The notes under the pieces were generated by a model. That model was not told the DNA's origin and did no database searches. It worked only from the letters and a program-made list of their open reading frames with translations. Of a stretch of 64,000 bases of DNA, positions 1 through 9,194 are shown piece after piece. The translations under genes and the position numbers were made by a program. Every line of letters begins with the position of its first letter. Position 1 is the stretch's first letter. The stretch is from a virus (taxonomy: Duplodnaviria; Caudoviricetes). The stretch is from positions 1-64,000 of the IMG/VR virus record IMGVR_UViG_3300021400_000128; one strand, 5' to 3'.

Positions 1-90
1 AATCTCTGACGGAGTTCAATTCCCTTATTGTTTTCACCTTCCGCAATGATAATAAACTGCTTATCTGTTGGCTTTAGAATTTCAGCTGCT

Positions 91-483
91 TCATCTATTG
101 GGTTCATCATCAACTCCTTTCATAATTTTTGTAACGATTCCATCCTCTGTACTGCTTCCTTTCACAACATTAGGATCATTATCGTCACGATATCCGGCCA
201 TCTCCATCAGCTTTTTTGCGACATTATTATCCCGGCTCGACTGCTTACCATACATCTTGATTGCACCTTCGAGGATATTACGCATATCGCTGTGTACAGG
301 ATATCCAATTCCCTGAAAAGCATCCATAAGAGATTTGGCCATAGCGGCGAACATAACCATACCTTGTGTGTAATTGAATCTATGGCGGACTTCAATTTCC
401 GTGTTTTCCCTCCCCGCTATGATGATAAATTGCTCATCTGTTGGTTTCAGTATTTCTGTAGCCCTGGTTATTGCATCGCTCAT
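91..483 (-). CDS. hypothetical phage protein
   Basis: 130-aa ORF with GAGGA RBS, co-oriented with the operon; C-terminal DPNVVKG..GIV.KIMKG motif shared with the 805-1194 ORF. Confidence 0.7.
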   Translation of the reverse strand: MSDAITRATEILKPTDEQFIIIAGRENTEIEVRHRFNYTQGMVMFAAMAKSLMDAFQGIGYPVHSDMRNILEGAIKMYGKQSSRDNNVAKKLMEMAGYRDDNDPNVVKGSSTEDGIVTKIMKGVDDEPNR

Positions 484-804
484 ATTTATTCCTCCTCATG
501 GATGATTTCGGTTACTTTTTCTTTAGCAAAGTATTCAATAATAATTTTCAGGATTTGTTCCAGGTTTTTATCAGTAAATTCGATACATTCATCATTACTC
601 TTTACTTTTCTGATTTTTCCTCCGGAAGCAAGCACGTAAGTAATCTTCATGACTTATCCGATCGTCTTTCCTTTTTTCTCGTTCCGTTGTGCATCGATAA
701 TCAGTTAAGGCAGCAAAGGCAGTAATTTCTCGTATTCCTTTAGATAGGACAATGCATCTGTTCTCGGCTGCCACTTATCAATTGCTTCTTGTTTCTCAAA
801 GAAT

Positions 805-1194
805 CTAATCACTTCCTGCAGCGTCATCAATTTTTCCTTTCATGATTCTTGAAACAATTCCTTCCCCTGTGCTGTTTGAACTGACATTGTAAATCGGTGG
901 ATTCGTTGTGATACAAACGCTCCCCGCTGTAGTAGTTCCTTTCACAACATTCGGATCATCGTCAGACCATGTGCAATAAGGTTTTTCCCACCACATTGGG
1001 GGATTCTGATACCATGACGGTGGCGTTTTGTGCCAATCATCAGCAATTGGCACGTATGGTTTTGCTTCGATTTTGTGATCCTGCACCGGGATGGCAGGAA
1101 TGGTAAATTTATCAACAGTTACCTTATTGTCCTTATTGTCGTCTTCCGTTATTGTGATTTTGTATCCTTCAACATGAATTTCAATCGGTTTCAT
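805..1194 (-). CDS. hypothetical phage protein
   Basis: ORF starting MKPIEI after AAGGAG, overlapping the upstream stop; Pro/Trp-rich middle. Confidence 0.7.
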   Translation of the reverse strand: MKPIEIHVEGYKITITEDDNKDNKVTVDKFTIPAIPVQDHKIEAKPYVPIADDWHKTPPSWYQNPPMWWEKPYCTWSDDDPNVVKGTTTAGSVCITTNPPIYNVSSNSTGEGIVSRIMKGKIDDAAGSD

Positions 1195-1504
1195 TCTTTG
1201 CTCCTTCCCAATCAATTTTTGATCCGCATTTTTGACAAAATACCCAGAATCGTCCTAAGTGTGTTGCGCATCCACCGCAGCGCCATCGATTTCCAATCTT
1301 GAATGGCTTAACCGGAGAATTGTATCTGTCATTTTTTCCGTCTCTATATCCTTTTTCGTATTGATCGCGGTCATAATTCAGTGCTTTCAGCAGTTCCGCT
1401 CTATTCACATCAATTCCATATGACTTAATAACGCTCATAAGGTTATCTTCTAATTTCTCAGTCATATTTCTCTCGATAATTCTGATTGGGCTATCGTAAC
1501 TCAT
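1181..1504 (-). CDS. zinc-ribbon protein
   Basis: C-terminal CGGC-x9-CQKCGSKIDW motif. Confidence 0.7.
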   Translation of the reverse strand: MSYDSPIRIIERNMTEKLEDNLMSVIKSYGIDVNRAELLKALNYDRDQYEKGYRDGKNDRYNSPVKPFKIGNRWRCGGCATHLGRFWVFCQKCGSKIDWEGAKNETD

Positions 1505-1512
1505 CTCTCTCC

Positions 1513-1869
1513 TTACTGTTTTTCTTTTCGGTAATACTTATATCGATCCATGTCTTTTTTGTAAATCCAACACTCAACGCCGGAACAAGTGGTCGCGTAA
1601 ATAACATTGTCATCATTTTTCGGTACTCCATATATAGTCAGCCATTCTCCGACTAAATCATGTGTCCAATATACGGGTTTTCCTTCCATTTGTCTGAGTT
1701 GTTCCCATGTAAGCGGCTCATTTTCCGCAGCTTTTAATTTCATCTGAACATACTCAGGCAGAATTTCTTGATAACCTTTCAGATAGGCAATCGCTTCATC
1801 TCTGATATTCCAATCTTCGGTCTGTTGTCTTTGATCTAAAAAATAGATAACCTGTTCAAGACTGTGCAT
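1513..1869 (-). CDS. hypothetical protein, paralogue family member 1
   Basis: ENEPLTWEQLRQMEGKPVYW motif; ends YRKEKQ. Confidence 0.75.
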   Translation of the reverse strand: MHSLEQVIYFLDQRQQTEDWNIRDEAIAYLKGYQEILPEYVQMKLKAAENEPLTWEQLRQMEGKPVYWTHDLVGEWLTIYGVPKNDDNVIYATTCSGVECWIYKKDMDRYKYYRKEKQ

Positions 1870-2416
1870 TTATTCTCTCCTTACTGTAAGCTTGTCTGTA
1901 GGCTTGCCATGTCTTTCCATATCCAGAAATAGTCAAATAAAATCTCCCACCATCTCGTACAAATGTGAATAATGTAGGCTTACCAAATGTCGGACGTTCG
2001 GGGTTTTTTACAATTAAAGCCCATCCCGTTTGTTGTTCATCATCCATGTACTCCACCCACACAGGTTTCCCTTCCATGTCTTTCAGTTCGTTCCAACTCA
2101 ACGGCGGATTCTCTTGCAGTTCCGCCCACCATTGCTTCAAAGCAACGTAATCAGCAGATATACCCTCCATCTCCGCTTTGGCTTTCTGAAAATCCTTAGC
2201 CGCCTTGATGAGCTTATCCTGCTTTTTCTCAATCTCCGGACCCTTTTCCGCCCACAGTTTACGGTCAGCCTCCCACTGGATCTTGTCTGAACGGTACATT
2301 TTCAGGTAGAGGAGTGTATCCTTCGCAAGATAATAACCTTCATTTTCATAATCACCTTCCGTTGGATTTGCTGTCATCTCTGTGAGATCTTCAATCAACC
2401 CATCAAGCGTCTTCAT
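1856..2416 (-). CDS. hypothetical protein, paralogue family member 2
   Basis: Likely start MKTLDGLIE; ENPPLSWNELKDMEGKPVWVE and KTWQAYR motifs. Confidence 0.75.
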   Translation of the reverse strand: MKTLDGLIEDLTEMTANPTEGDYENEGYYLAKDTLLYLKMYRSDKIQWEADRKLWAEKGPEIEKKQDKLIKAAKDFQKAKAEMEGISADYVALKQWWAELQENPPLSWNELKDMEGKPVWVEYMDDEQQTGWALIVKNPERPTFGKPTLFTFVRDGGRFYLTISGYGKTWQAYRQAYSKERINAQS

Positions 2417-2597
2417 CTTTTCTGTCTTCCATTCTGATTTTTGCATACTCATTCCACTGTGAGCGGTCAAGGTGTTCAAATAATTCCGTCATAATCTTTG
2501 TAGCTTCTCCGATTGCCCTGATAATCTGCCATGTAAATCCTCCCATAGTTACAATCAACAGCATTGTCATTGTAATAAGCATTGTGTTGTCCATCAC
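2403..2597 (-). CDS. small membrane protein
   Basis: 64 aa with a hydrophobic N-terminal helix; translationally coupled to its neighbours. Confidence 0.55.
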   Translation of the reverse strand: MMDNTMLITMTMLLIVTMGGFTWQIIRAIGEATKIMTELFEHLDRSQWNEYAKIRMEDRKDEDA

Positions 2598-2824
2598 TCA
2601 CCTCGTAATTGCTGTTTTATTGATTTCATTTCCTCATCTCCGTAAGATATATCCCACCAAGATTGCACTTTTTTCAAGTGCTCTATCTGTTTATCAGTAA
2701 GTAAAAAAATGTTATCTGCAACAACTCTTGCTCTTTTGCTTCTGTCAGGATGTGCAGAGCCGCTGAATTTACATTGACACATCTCAAACGGATATTCGCA
2801 AATTGGACATTTATCTTTCATCAC
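2594..2824 (-). CDS. hypothetical Cys/His-rich protein
   Basis: CPIC..CQC..HPDR motif; ATGA overlap. Confidence 0.65.
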   Translation of the reverse strand: MMKDKCPICEYPFEMCQCKFSGSAHPDRSKRARVVADNIFLLTDKQIEHLKKVQSWWDISYGDEEMKSIKQQLRGE

Positions 2825-3198
2825 TCACCTCTCGTCATCTCCGCTCCACAGTTCGGGCATGCCACCCATTGTCCATCCGCATAGTCTCTGTTATAACTGG
2901 GTGCTTCGATGCCATATACATGCATCCCTTTTCCGCACTCTGAACATTTCCAAACAGGGTCACCACCGGGCGTGACATATCCGTGAACTTCTATCCACTT
3001 TCCCTTCTTCCGTTCTGGCTCTATGGTCGGCGCATTCTCAAAACCGTCGAGACTTGTTCCATCCAAATCAGCAATAACTCCATCAATTATTGCTTGCGCG
3101 GTCAGTGAACTGTCTTTAAATTCGATCTTATCGAATTCTAATTTTTTGGATGTTTCCTTTAAAAATTCAATAAAAGCATCTGCATCAATTAATCTCAT
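2821..3198 (-). CDS. zinc-ribbon protein (MRLIDADA... type)
   Basis: Likely start MRLIDADA; KKGKW, CSECG and CPNCGAEM motifs typical of phage early-region proteins. Confidence 0.75.
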   Translation of the reverse strand: MRLIDADAFIEFLKETSKKLEFDKIEFKDSSLTAQAIIDGVIADLDGTSLDGFENAPTIEPERKKGKWIEVHGYVTPGGDPVWKCSECGKGMHVYGIEAPSYNRDYADGQWVACPNCGAEMTRGE

Positions 3199-3676
3199 CC
3201 GTCCTTCTTTCTTTTTTGTATGCTTCCCATTCCGTTCCCATATTAACTTTCCATAGATGACCGTTATAAGGAACTTTCGCAACATCGAAAGATATAAAAT
3301 AAGCTATTACATCTGCTTTTATATCCGTAATGAGAACCCATTTCTTTTGTTCTTTCCACTCAACTAAAACAGGTTTACCCTCGAACTGTTTCAACTCTTC
3401 CCAGGTTAGAGGAAAATTTTCGTCTTTCCAAATTTCGTCTTTCAAAGAATTGAGTTCTGTTACTGTATCATGATATTTTTTCTCTATTGTAGGTATGTAT
3501 TCTTGATACTCCTTCAGGTAGTATAGTGCGTCCAGTTTGACAGTTGTTCCTTCAGGATCACAGCTTGGGCAATAAGGACAATCATCATTGCAATTACCTA
3601 ATTCATCAATTGGATTTAAGCAATATTCAATTCCTTTGATGGTTTCATCGAGCGTTTTTAAAGGTGTTTTCATCAT
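3185..3676 (-). CDS. hypothetical protein, paralogue family member 3
   Basis: KTLDETI, DALYYLKEYQ, PLTWEELKQFEGKPV and WEAYKKER motifs. Confidence 0.75.
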   Translation of the reverse strand: MMKTPLKTLDETIKGIEYCLNPIDELGNCNDDCPYCPSCDPEGTTVKLDALYYLKEYQEYIPTIEKKYHDTVTELNSLKDEIWKDENFPLTWEELKQFEGKPVLVEWKEQKKWVLITDIKADVIAYFISFDVAKVPYNGHLWKVNMGTEWEAYKKERRTDEIN

Positions 3677-4737
3677 TCCTCATTCTTTAACAGATATTTG
3701 TTATTGAGAACCTTCATTGATAATGAAGCACTGATCAGCGGTGAGAATACAGGTTCTGTAGGTCTGATGACGATTCCTTCTTTCTTACCACCGTTTGGAT
3801 ATTCACCGTCAGCCCGTTCAAGTAACGCCTCCACCGTTGGATACCTGGATGGAAGATCATAACCAACTTCTTCAATGGGAACTGTAAGCATATCAAGAAC
3901 TCCGCATACATTCTGTAATTCAGTAAGTCCAACACGCTTTCCATTTACACGGACATTGAATACGTACCATTCAGGTTTTGCAAGCTTCAGGCGGTTCTTT
4001 TGGATTCCCGGAGCGCATAATTCACCCTGGATCGTCAGTGTCTTGATTGCTTCGCTCTGGTATTCACATCTATCCATGAGAAGTTCCATCTTCTCTTTAT
4101 ATCCACGTTCTTTGACAAGCCGATAGAAGGAGCTGGTGTCATCATCTTTGTATTCAAAGTTATGCCCGGTGACATGGAAACCGTTCTCATCAACACTGAC
4201 AGAATGTGAAGATCCATCCATCTTTGTACTGATATAGTATTCCAGTCCTGCAAACGACTGTATCAGCTCCGGATTTTCCTGCACTCTTGTTTCATCGGTA
4301 TGTGGTACATCGTAAGGCAGCTCTCCCATGATCGTACCGCCGGTTGTAACCCGTTCCTCTATTTCCCATTTTCGCACGCCGAGGATATCTGTCACATCAT
4401 CACCAACATGATAGATTGCTTCTGTCAGTTCTGGAAACTCTGATATTGGCATTAACAAGCCTTGTGATATTTGACCACGGAGCTTTAGTGTACGAAGTTT
4501 AAATCCTTCACCCATCAAGTCAGTCTTCTTGTAACTTGTTGCTCGTAAGAATTCGAATTCGGGACGTACAGGAAGGAAGCTATCAATCTCGAAATAAACA
4601 GCATCGTTACCTTCTTTAAATTGGTCTTTTTTGATAACAACCTGCCAACCTAACACATGAGCTAATTCAAGTCGATCTGCTCCGTCAATTGGTTCAATTT
4701 TCCAAATCTTTTGAATACTGGCTAATTTGCGACTCAT
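3673..4737 (-). CDS. ATP-dependent RNA ligase, Rnl2/DRB0094-like, with an N-terminal OB-like domain
   Basis: N-terminal SRKLASIQKI..IEPIDGADRLE; nucleotidyltransferase motifs KMDGSS, QGE, EGIVIR and terminal KVLN..YLL. Confidence 0.85.
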   Translation of the reverse strand: MSRKLASIQKIWKIEPIDGADRLELAHVLGWQVVIKKDQFKEGNDAVYFEIDSFLPVRPEFEFLRATSYKKTDLMGEGFKLRTLKLRGQISQGLLMPISEFPELTEAIYHVGDDVTDILGVRKWEIEERVTTGGTIMGELPYDVPHTDETRVQENPELIQSFAGLEYYISTKMDGSSHSVSVDENGFHVTGHNFEYKDDDTSSFYRLVKERGYKEKMELLMDRCEYQSEAIKTLTIQGELCAPGIQKNRLKLAKPEWYVFNVRVNGKRVGLTELQNVCGVLDMLTVPIEEVGYDLPSRYPTVEALLERADGEYPNGGKKEGIVIRPTEPVFSPLISASLSMKVLNNKYLLKNEE

Positions 4738-4867
4738 TTTATTCTCCTTAGATTATTTGCGCATTCGTGAAATAATAATGATGATTCCGGTGATTATCCA
4801 TGCGATTCCAATCACATTGCGAATGATGATATCTTTTTGAGACACGTAAACCCACATAGAATATCCT

Positions 4868-5251
4868 TTACTCAATATAATCAATCGCAGCATAAATATC
4901 AGCCGGAACATTTCCTGCCCATACAAAACTATTTTTCAGGACATATTCGTTGTAGCTGGCGGCGGTCTTGTTGGCTCTCATCTTTGCCTGTTCTGCCCAG
5001 CCTTGCTTTTCTGCGGTATCTGCATCTCTATACTGCTTATATGTCAACACATCAAAATTCCAGGAGGATATCATTGCACGGCAAGTATCTTCAACTTCTT
5101 TCCGCTGCTCGTATGTGATTTCGTCGGTTTTATGCATTGTGAATCTGTACTGATTCCAGATCGATCGTCCGGTTGGTGTCAATTCAAAGAATATCACTCC
5201 GATAATTAAAATGACTGCTAAAATAATCCCTAACCATTTCCAAATTTTCAT
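4868..5251 (-). CDS. membrane-anchored protein
   Basis: N-terminal TM helix WLGIILAVILIIGVIFF followed by a soluble helical domain. Confidence 0.7.
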   Translation of the reverse strand: MKIWKWLGIILAVILIIGVIFFELTPTGRSIWNQYRFTMHKTDEITYEQRKEVEDTCRAMISSWNFDVLTYKQYRDADTAEKQGWAEQAKMRANKTAASYNEYVLKNSFVWAGNVPADIYAAIDYIE

Positions 5252-5273
5252 TTAGCTCACCTTCTTTTTGTTT

Positions 5274-5825
5274 TTAGTTTTTCAGTAATGTGTCAACATC
5301 AAAAGGTACATCGGAATAAAGATACGATCCGACCCATTCCATGTAATTACCATTGACCGTGAAGAAAAAGATCCCATCTGGGTTTTCTCCATACGCTCCA
5401 TCAACATCCGGGAGCCAGCGGTTGAATCCAAATGAATCATCCGGATGGATTTCGTAATATTCACTATCTGGAGTCAGATAATTCCGCAGTGAGGATACCT
5501 TTCCGTCAACGACAAAATTACCGATGACCGTACCCATTGGAGAGAATAGCAGGATATAACCAAGCGGTTTCGCAACCGGGCAAATCAGTGTATTGGCTTT
5601 TTCACGCTGTCCATTCACCCAATACGTCCGACGTATCAAGTTGTAGCGTTCTAATGAATACTCAACATCGTTCGGTGTCGGCTGGTTCTGCGCCAACTTA
5701 TTTCCAATATTCAATTGACTTCTCACATCATCTCTTGCTGTATAAGAATCCGAACCGCTTTCATTGCATCCGGTAGTAATGAGCATTACAAAAATACAAA
5801 CTAAAATAACAATTTGCTTTTTCAT
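5274..5825 (-). CDS. putative lipoprotein
   Basis: MKKQIVILVCIFVMLITTGC signal peptide with lipobox-like Cys. Confidence 0.7.
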   Translation of the reverse strand: MKKQIVILVCIFVMLITTGCNESGSDSYTARDDVRSQLNIGNKLAQNQPTPNDVEYSLERYNLIRRTYWVNGQREKANTLICPVAKPLGYILLFSPMGTVIGNFVVDGKVSSLRNYLTPDSEYYEIHPDDSFGFNRWLPDVDGAYGENPDGIFFFTVNGNYMEWVGSYLYSDVPFDVDTLLKN

Positions 5826-5900
5826 GAATACACTCCAAATTATTTTCAAAATTTTTTTGTAATTGGCTTTATAAGATGCTGGAACACTTCTTGTTCGAGA

Positions 5901-6515
5901 TCAATTAACTCTTCCGGTTGTTTTATTCAGCAGTTCCGCATCAAGATGAGTCTCCATATCTGAAATAGCTTGATGCTTCATCTGTCCATGTAACCAGTTA
6001 AACATTCCGCAAGGCTTAAATTCCCGGCAGTTCTTTTCATTGCAATTACACGCAGGAGTGAACAATCCACGATAGATGTCATCCTTCTTGCAAATCTCAT
6101 AAACGATTCTTGCCATGATTTCATGGGTGGTCTGATCTGCTTTAAAACAGAGACGCTTCCTTGCCATGAACAAAAGCTCCGCTGCGTTGATATCCATGAT
6201 GTGAGTTACAGGAGCATCCTGACGATCCGCTCCACGTTCCGGGTTCTTGCGTTGTGACTGAACGTAATGCTCCACACCGTATTTATGACGAACAAAATGA
6301 ACAGAATTACAATACGGGATATCCTTCATCATGATCGTGAACATTAGTGTCCTGATTGGGCTGTGTTCACTGCGGAGAATCTTTCGCTTCCATTCATCCG
6401 TCGGCTCGTTCGGAGCATTGAATTTTCCTTGTGTTGCCCTTGCGAACAGAAGGCATCGTTTCCAATCCTCTTCTGTGGGATATCGCAAAATCTCAATTGA
6501 CCAATTCTTTATCAT
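5901..6515 (-). CDS. thyX: flavin-dependent thymidylate synthase
   Basis: EHSPIR motif; HFVRH-x7-QSQR variant of the ThyX RHRx7S motif; RLC.KA. Confidence 0.75.
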   Translation of the reverse strand: MIKNWSIEILRYPTEEDWKRCLLFARATQGKFNAPNEPTDEWKRKILRSEHSPIRTLMFTIMMKDIPYCNSVHFVRHKYGVEHYVQSQRKNPERGADRQDAPVTHIMDINAAELLFMARKRLCFKADQTTHEIMARIVYEICKKDDIYRGLFTPACNCNEKNCREFKPCGMFNWLHGQMKHQAISDMETHLDAELLNKTTGRVN

Positions 6516-6705
6516 TGTCTCTCCTGTCTTTTAATTCCTTCAACCATTCAACAAGGCGCATATTCCAGGTAGCAATCTCTCGTGCTTCCTCTCGTGCTTC
6601 GTCTGATGGCAAATATTTATAGATTTTTGTAAATGGTTCAAAATAAGATACAGCCTCATCAAGCGTTTCAGGATATTTCTCTCTATTCGGTTTTTGTATC
6701 ATCAC
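6493..6705 (-). CDS. hypothetical protein
   Basis: 70-aa coupled ORF; TLDEA...LVEWLKELK. Confidence 0.6.
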   Translation of the reverse strand: MMIQKPNREKYPETLDEAVSYFEPFTKIYKYLPSDEAREEAREIATWNMRLVEWLKELKDRRDNDKELVN

Positions 6706-6898
6706 CTAATTTTTTTGATTTCGGTTCAGGTTTTAGGTTTCCGTCTGTCGCAATCAGCTCCATCTCAACGGTTTTTAATCTTCCTTCGAGTTTTTCTATA
6801 TACTTAGTCATGCCTAAAAAATAGATAACTATTAATCCAAACATTAATCCAACTATTATTCCGCCAATCATTTCCGCTCTTTCCGATAGGCTTGCCAT
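6683..6898 (-). CDS. small membrane protein
   Basis: Hydrophobic IGGIIVGLMFGLIVIYFLG segment followed by a coiled segment; start uncertain. Confidence 0.55.
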   Translation of the reverse strand: MASLSERAEMIGGIIVGLMFGLIVIYFLGMTKYIEKLEGRLKTVEMELIATDGNLKPEPKSKKLGDDTKTE

Positions 6899-7311
6899 GT
6901 TTTACCAAGATTGTCCTTACTGTAAGCAAAATGATTTTCCGCACGTCTGTCAGAATATATACAAACAATATTTTCTTCGTAAACTTCTGAAATAATTTCC
7001 CATTGTCTTGAAAAAACAAATTCTTTTGTTCTCATTGCCTCTTCGGAATCATCCCATTCCACCCACACAGGCTTGCCTTTCATGGTTTTGAGCTCATCCC
7101 ATGTGAGCGGCTGGTTATCCTCAAGGTCTGCCATCGCTTTGATATAGCTATACTGTAAAGTGTGGTACTCCCTCAGGTAGTGGAGCGCATCCTGCAAGAA
7201 ACAACTTTTCACACAATCGTCTTCACGGTAATGGCATTCAAAACAGCCTTTTTCTTCAAACAGTTTGGCGTAGAAGTCTACGCCTTTTATCACTTCATCA
7301 AGCGTCCTCAT
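6868..7311 (-). CDS. hypothetical protein, paralogue family member 4
   Basis: Likely start MRTLDEVI; DALHYLREY, PLTWDELKTMKGKPVWVEW and KTWQAYRKER motifs. Confidence 0.75.
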   Translation of the reverse strand: MRTLDEVIKGVDFYAKLFEEKGCFECHYREDDCVKSCFLQDALHYLREYHTLQYSYIKAMADLEDNQPLTWDELKTMKGKPVWVEWDDSEEAMRTKEFVFSRQWEIISEVYEENIVCIYSDRRAENHFAYSKDNLGKTWQAYRKERK

Positions 7312-7775
7312 CCCCTCTCCTTCCGGTAGGCTTGCCATTTGTCAGGCTCATAGTCATCTCTGGTAAGGACGAATATCCGATCGTCGCAATATCTGAAGTA
7401 TTCAAGATCGTTATCGACCTTATTCGCGATCAGCACCCATGCGCCATCTGATGACCATTCCAGCCATACAGGCTTTCCTTCCATGGTCTTCAACTGTTCC
7501 CAGCTCAACGGCGGATTCTCTTGCTGTTCCGTCCACCATTGTCTCAATGCCACATAGTCTGTCAGTACTTCATCGAACTCTGCCTTCTTTTCCTGTAAAG
7601 TTTTCTTTTCGTTATCAAGACAATGCTCCTCATAAGCGTGCCATTTCATATGTTCCTGGTACTCTCTTAGATAATAGAGTGCATCAGCTATTTCATCAGG
7701 ATCAGGACGATGCCCAAGGTCTTTTAGACTTTGTTTAACTGATAAATTTTCAATCACTTCATCCAGTGTCATCAT
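7308..7775 (-). CDS. hypothetical protein, paralogue family member 5
   Basis: MTLDEVI, DALYYLREYQ, ENPPLSWEQLKTMEGKPVW and WQAYRKER motifs. Confidence 0.75.
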   Translation of the reverse strand: MMTLDEVIENLSVKQSLKDLGHRPDPDEIADALYYLREYQEHMKWHAYEEHCLDNEKKTLQEKKAEFDEVLTDYVALRQWWTEQQENPPLSWEQLKTMEGKPVWLEWSSDGAWVLIANKVDNDLEYFRYCDDRIFVLTRDDYEPDKWQAYRKERG

Positions 7776-7966
7776 TTCACCTTTTTCTTGTAAATCTTGT
7801 ATCCCATCACCTGAAACTGTCCATTTTCATCTGTGGCATTTGGATATATGTACGGTGTTGAGCGTAAATATGGATCAGCTTCTTTATTTGTCACCGGTTC
7901 AAATTCTTTGTATTCCTCCGCGAACTTTTCCAATATGCCGATGACCTTTTCTTCAAACTCAGTCAT
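7772..7966 (-). CDS. hypothetical protein
   Basis: Likely start MTEFEE; overlaps flanking genes. Confidence 0.55.
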   Translation of the reverse strand: MTEFEEKVIGILEKFAEEYKEFEPVTNKEADPYLRSTPYIYPNATDENGQFQVMGYKIYKKKVK

Positions 7967-8234
7967 TCCGTTCAAGTTTCCTTTCAACAAGTTCCATGAC
8001 TGCGTAATTGGCGATATCAAGGAGCGTATCTTCTATTGATTCGTCTGTAACCTTTTGGATGTGTCCGGTGATCAACGTTTTCAGGCGATTCAGTTTGTCT
8101 TGTAGCCTGATACAGATAGCTTCGGGATATTCTTTACGGAGCTTTGAAAAGCTGTCACCATAATCAGCGTTCTTTGCTTCATAGGTTTCAGTCATCTTTT
8201 TACAGATTTCACGATGGATTTCAATGTTCGTCAT
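7959..8234 (-). CDS. DUF1599 / nucleotide-modification-associated domain 1-like protein
   Basis: YEAKNADYGDSF, IRL.DK..RL and ESIEDTLLDIANYA signature. Confidence 0.75.
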   Translation of the reverse strand: MTNIEIHREICKKMTETYEAKNADYGDSFSKLRKEYPEAICIRLQDKLNRLKTLITGHIQKVTDESIEDTLLDIANYAVMELVERKLERND

Positions 8235-8454
8235 TTTTCGATCCTTTCGCCAAGCTCTGCCATTGTTTTGCATTCTTTGCTTCTGATTCGACAATCTTCA
8301 ATAGCATTGTTGTGATATCCGCTCTGCCGACAATTCGCCCCATCGTAAAATACGCAGCAGCTTCAGGATTCTTTTTTCCAAGCTCATATATTGCTTCATT
8401 CACAGCATCCATCGCCAACTCACTATCCAATCTTTCAAAATTCAGATCATCCAT
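8221..8454 (-). CDS. hypothetical protein
   Basis: 77-aa coupled ORF. Confidence 0.6.
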   Translation of the reverse strand: MDDLNFERLDSELAMDAVNEAIYELGKKNPEAAAYFTMGRIVGRADITTMLLKIVESEAKNAKQWQSLAKGSKNDEH

Positions 8455-8472
8455 ATCTTCAATCCTTTATTT

Positions 8473-8506
8473 AAAAAAAGCCTGCCTGCGGTTCACAGGC
8501 TTTTTG
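8473..8506 (-). terminator. intrinsic terminator-like hairpin
   Basis: AAAAAGCCTG..CAGGCTTTTT stem with T-tracts on both strands. Confidence 0.55.
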
Positions 8507-8980
8507 TTGGGAGACAATTTTTCTGACATAAGAGCACCCTTTATTTCAATTCGATTTTTTCGAATCACTTCTAAATCACAAAGGACATTCTCCTTTCTAT
8601 GTCAAAAAAAATTCCGCAGTAAACGCGAGGGCACATCCCTCACGAACGTTCTCAAAAATGGAAGGATCCCCGTCTGCGCCGAACAGGTCTCCTTCCGTTT
8701 AGGGTATATTTTTCGGAGTTCTTTTCAAATGAAGAAATGGCGCATTATGAAAAACAACCATTGCCATTGGTTGGTATTTCCAACAGCCGCCCCGGGTGGC
8801 CGACGGCTGAAGACATTTAGAGAATTTTCAGTTTATTCAGTTGTAGTCTGATTAACAAACAAGCAATCCACCAAAGTGCAAAGTTGGCAGTGATTCAAAT
8901 AGCAAAATAAAATATTTTCTAATGTCTTATTTATTAATCTCATCCGGTAAGACACGAGCCAATTGCTCAACGATGTCCTG

Positions 8981-9053
8981 AGCCGTCAACGGGACTCGAA
9001 CCCGTATCTTCAGATTGGAAGTCTGTTGCACTGTCCAATTGTGCTATGACGGC
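8981..9053 (-). tRNA. tRNA-Gly(TCC)
   Basis: Acceptor GCCGTCA/TGACGGC; anticodon loop CTTCCAA; T arm ACGGG-TTCGAGT-CCCGT; no encoded CCA. Confidence 0.85.
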
Positions 9054-9194
9054 TTACGTGACGCTGAGAATCCATCACAGATATAGATTTATTATGCAAA
9101 ACTGTAAATATTTTTATTTGTAAAGCGGTTAGGGGTAATACCGCTCTCCTGTTAGTATAGTTTTTTATCTCAGTAAAACGCAAGGGTATTTCCC

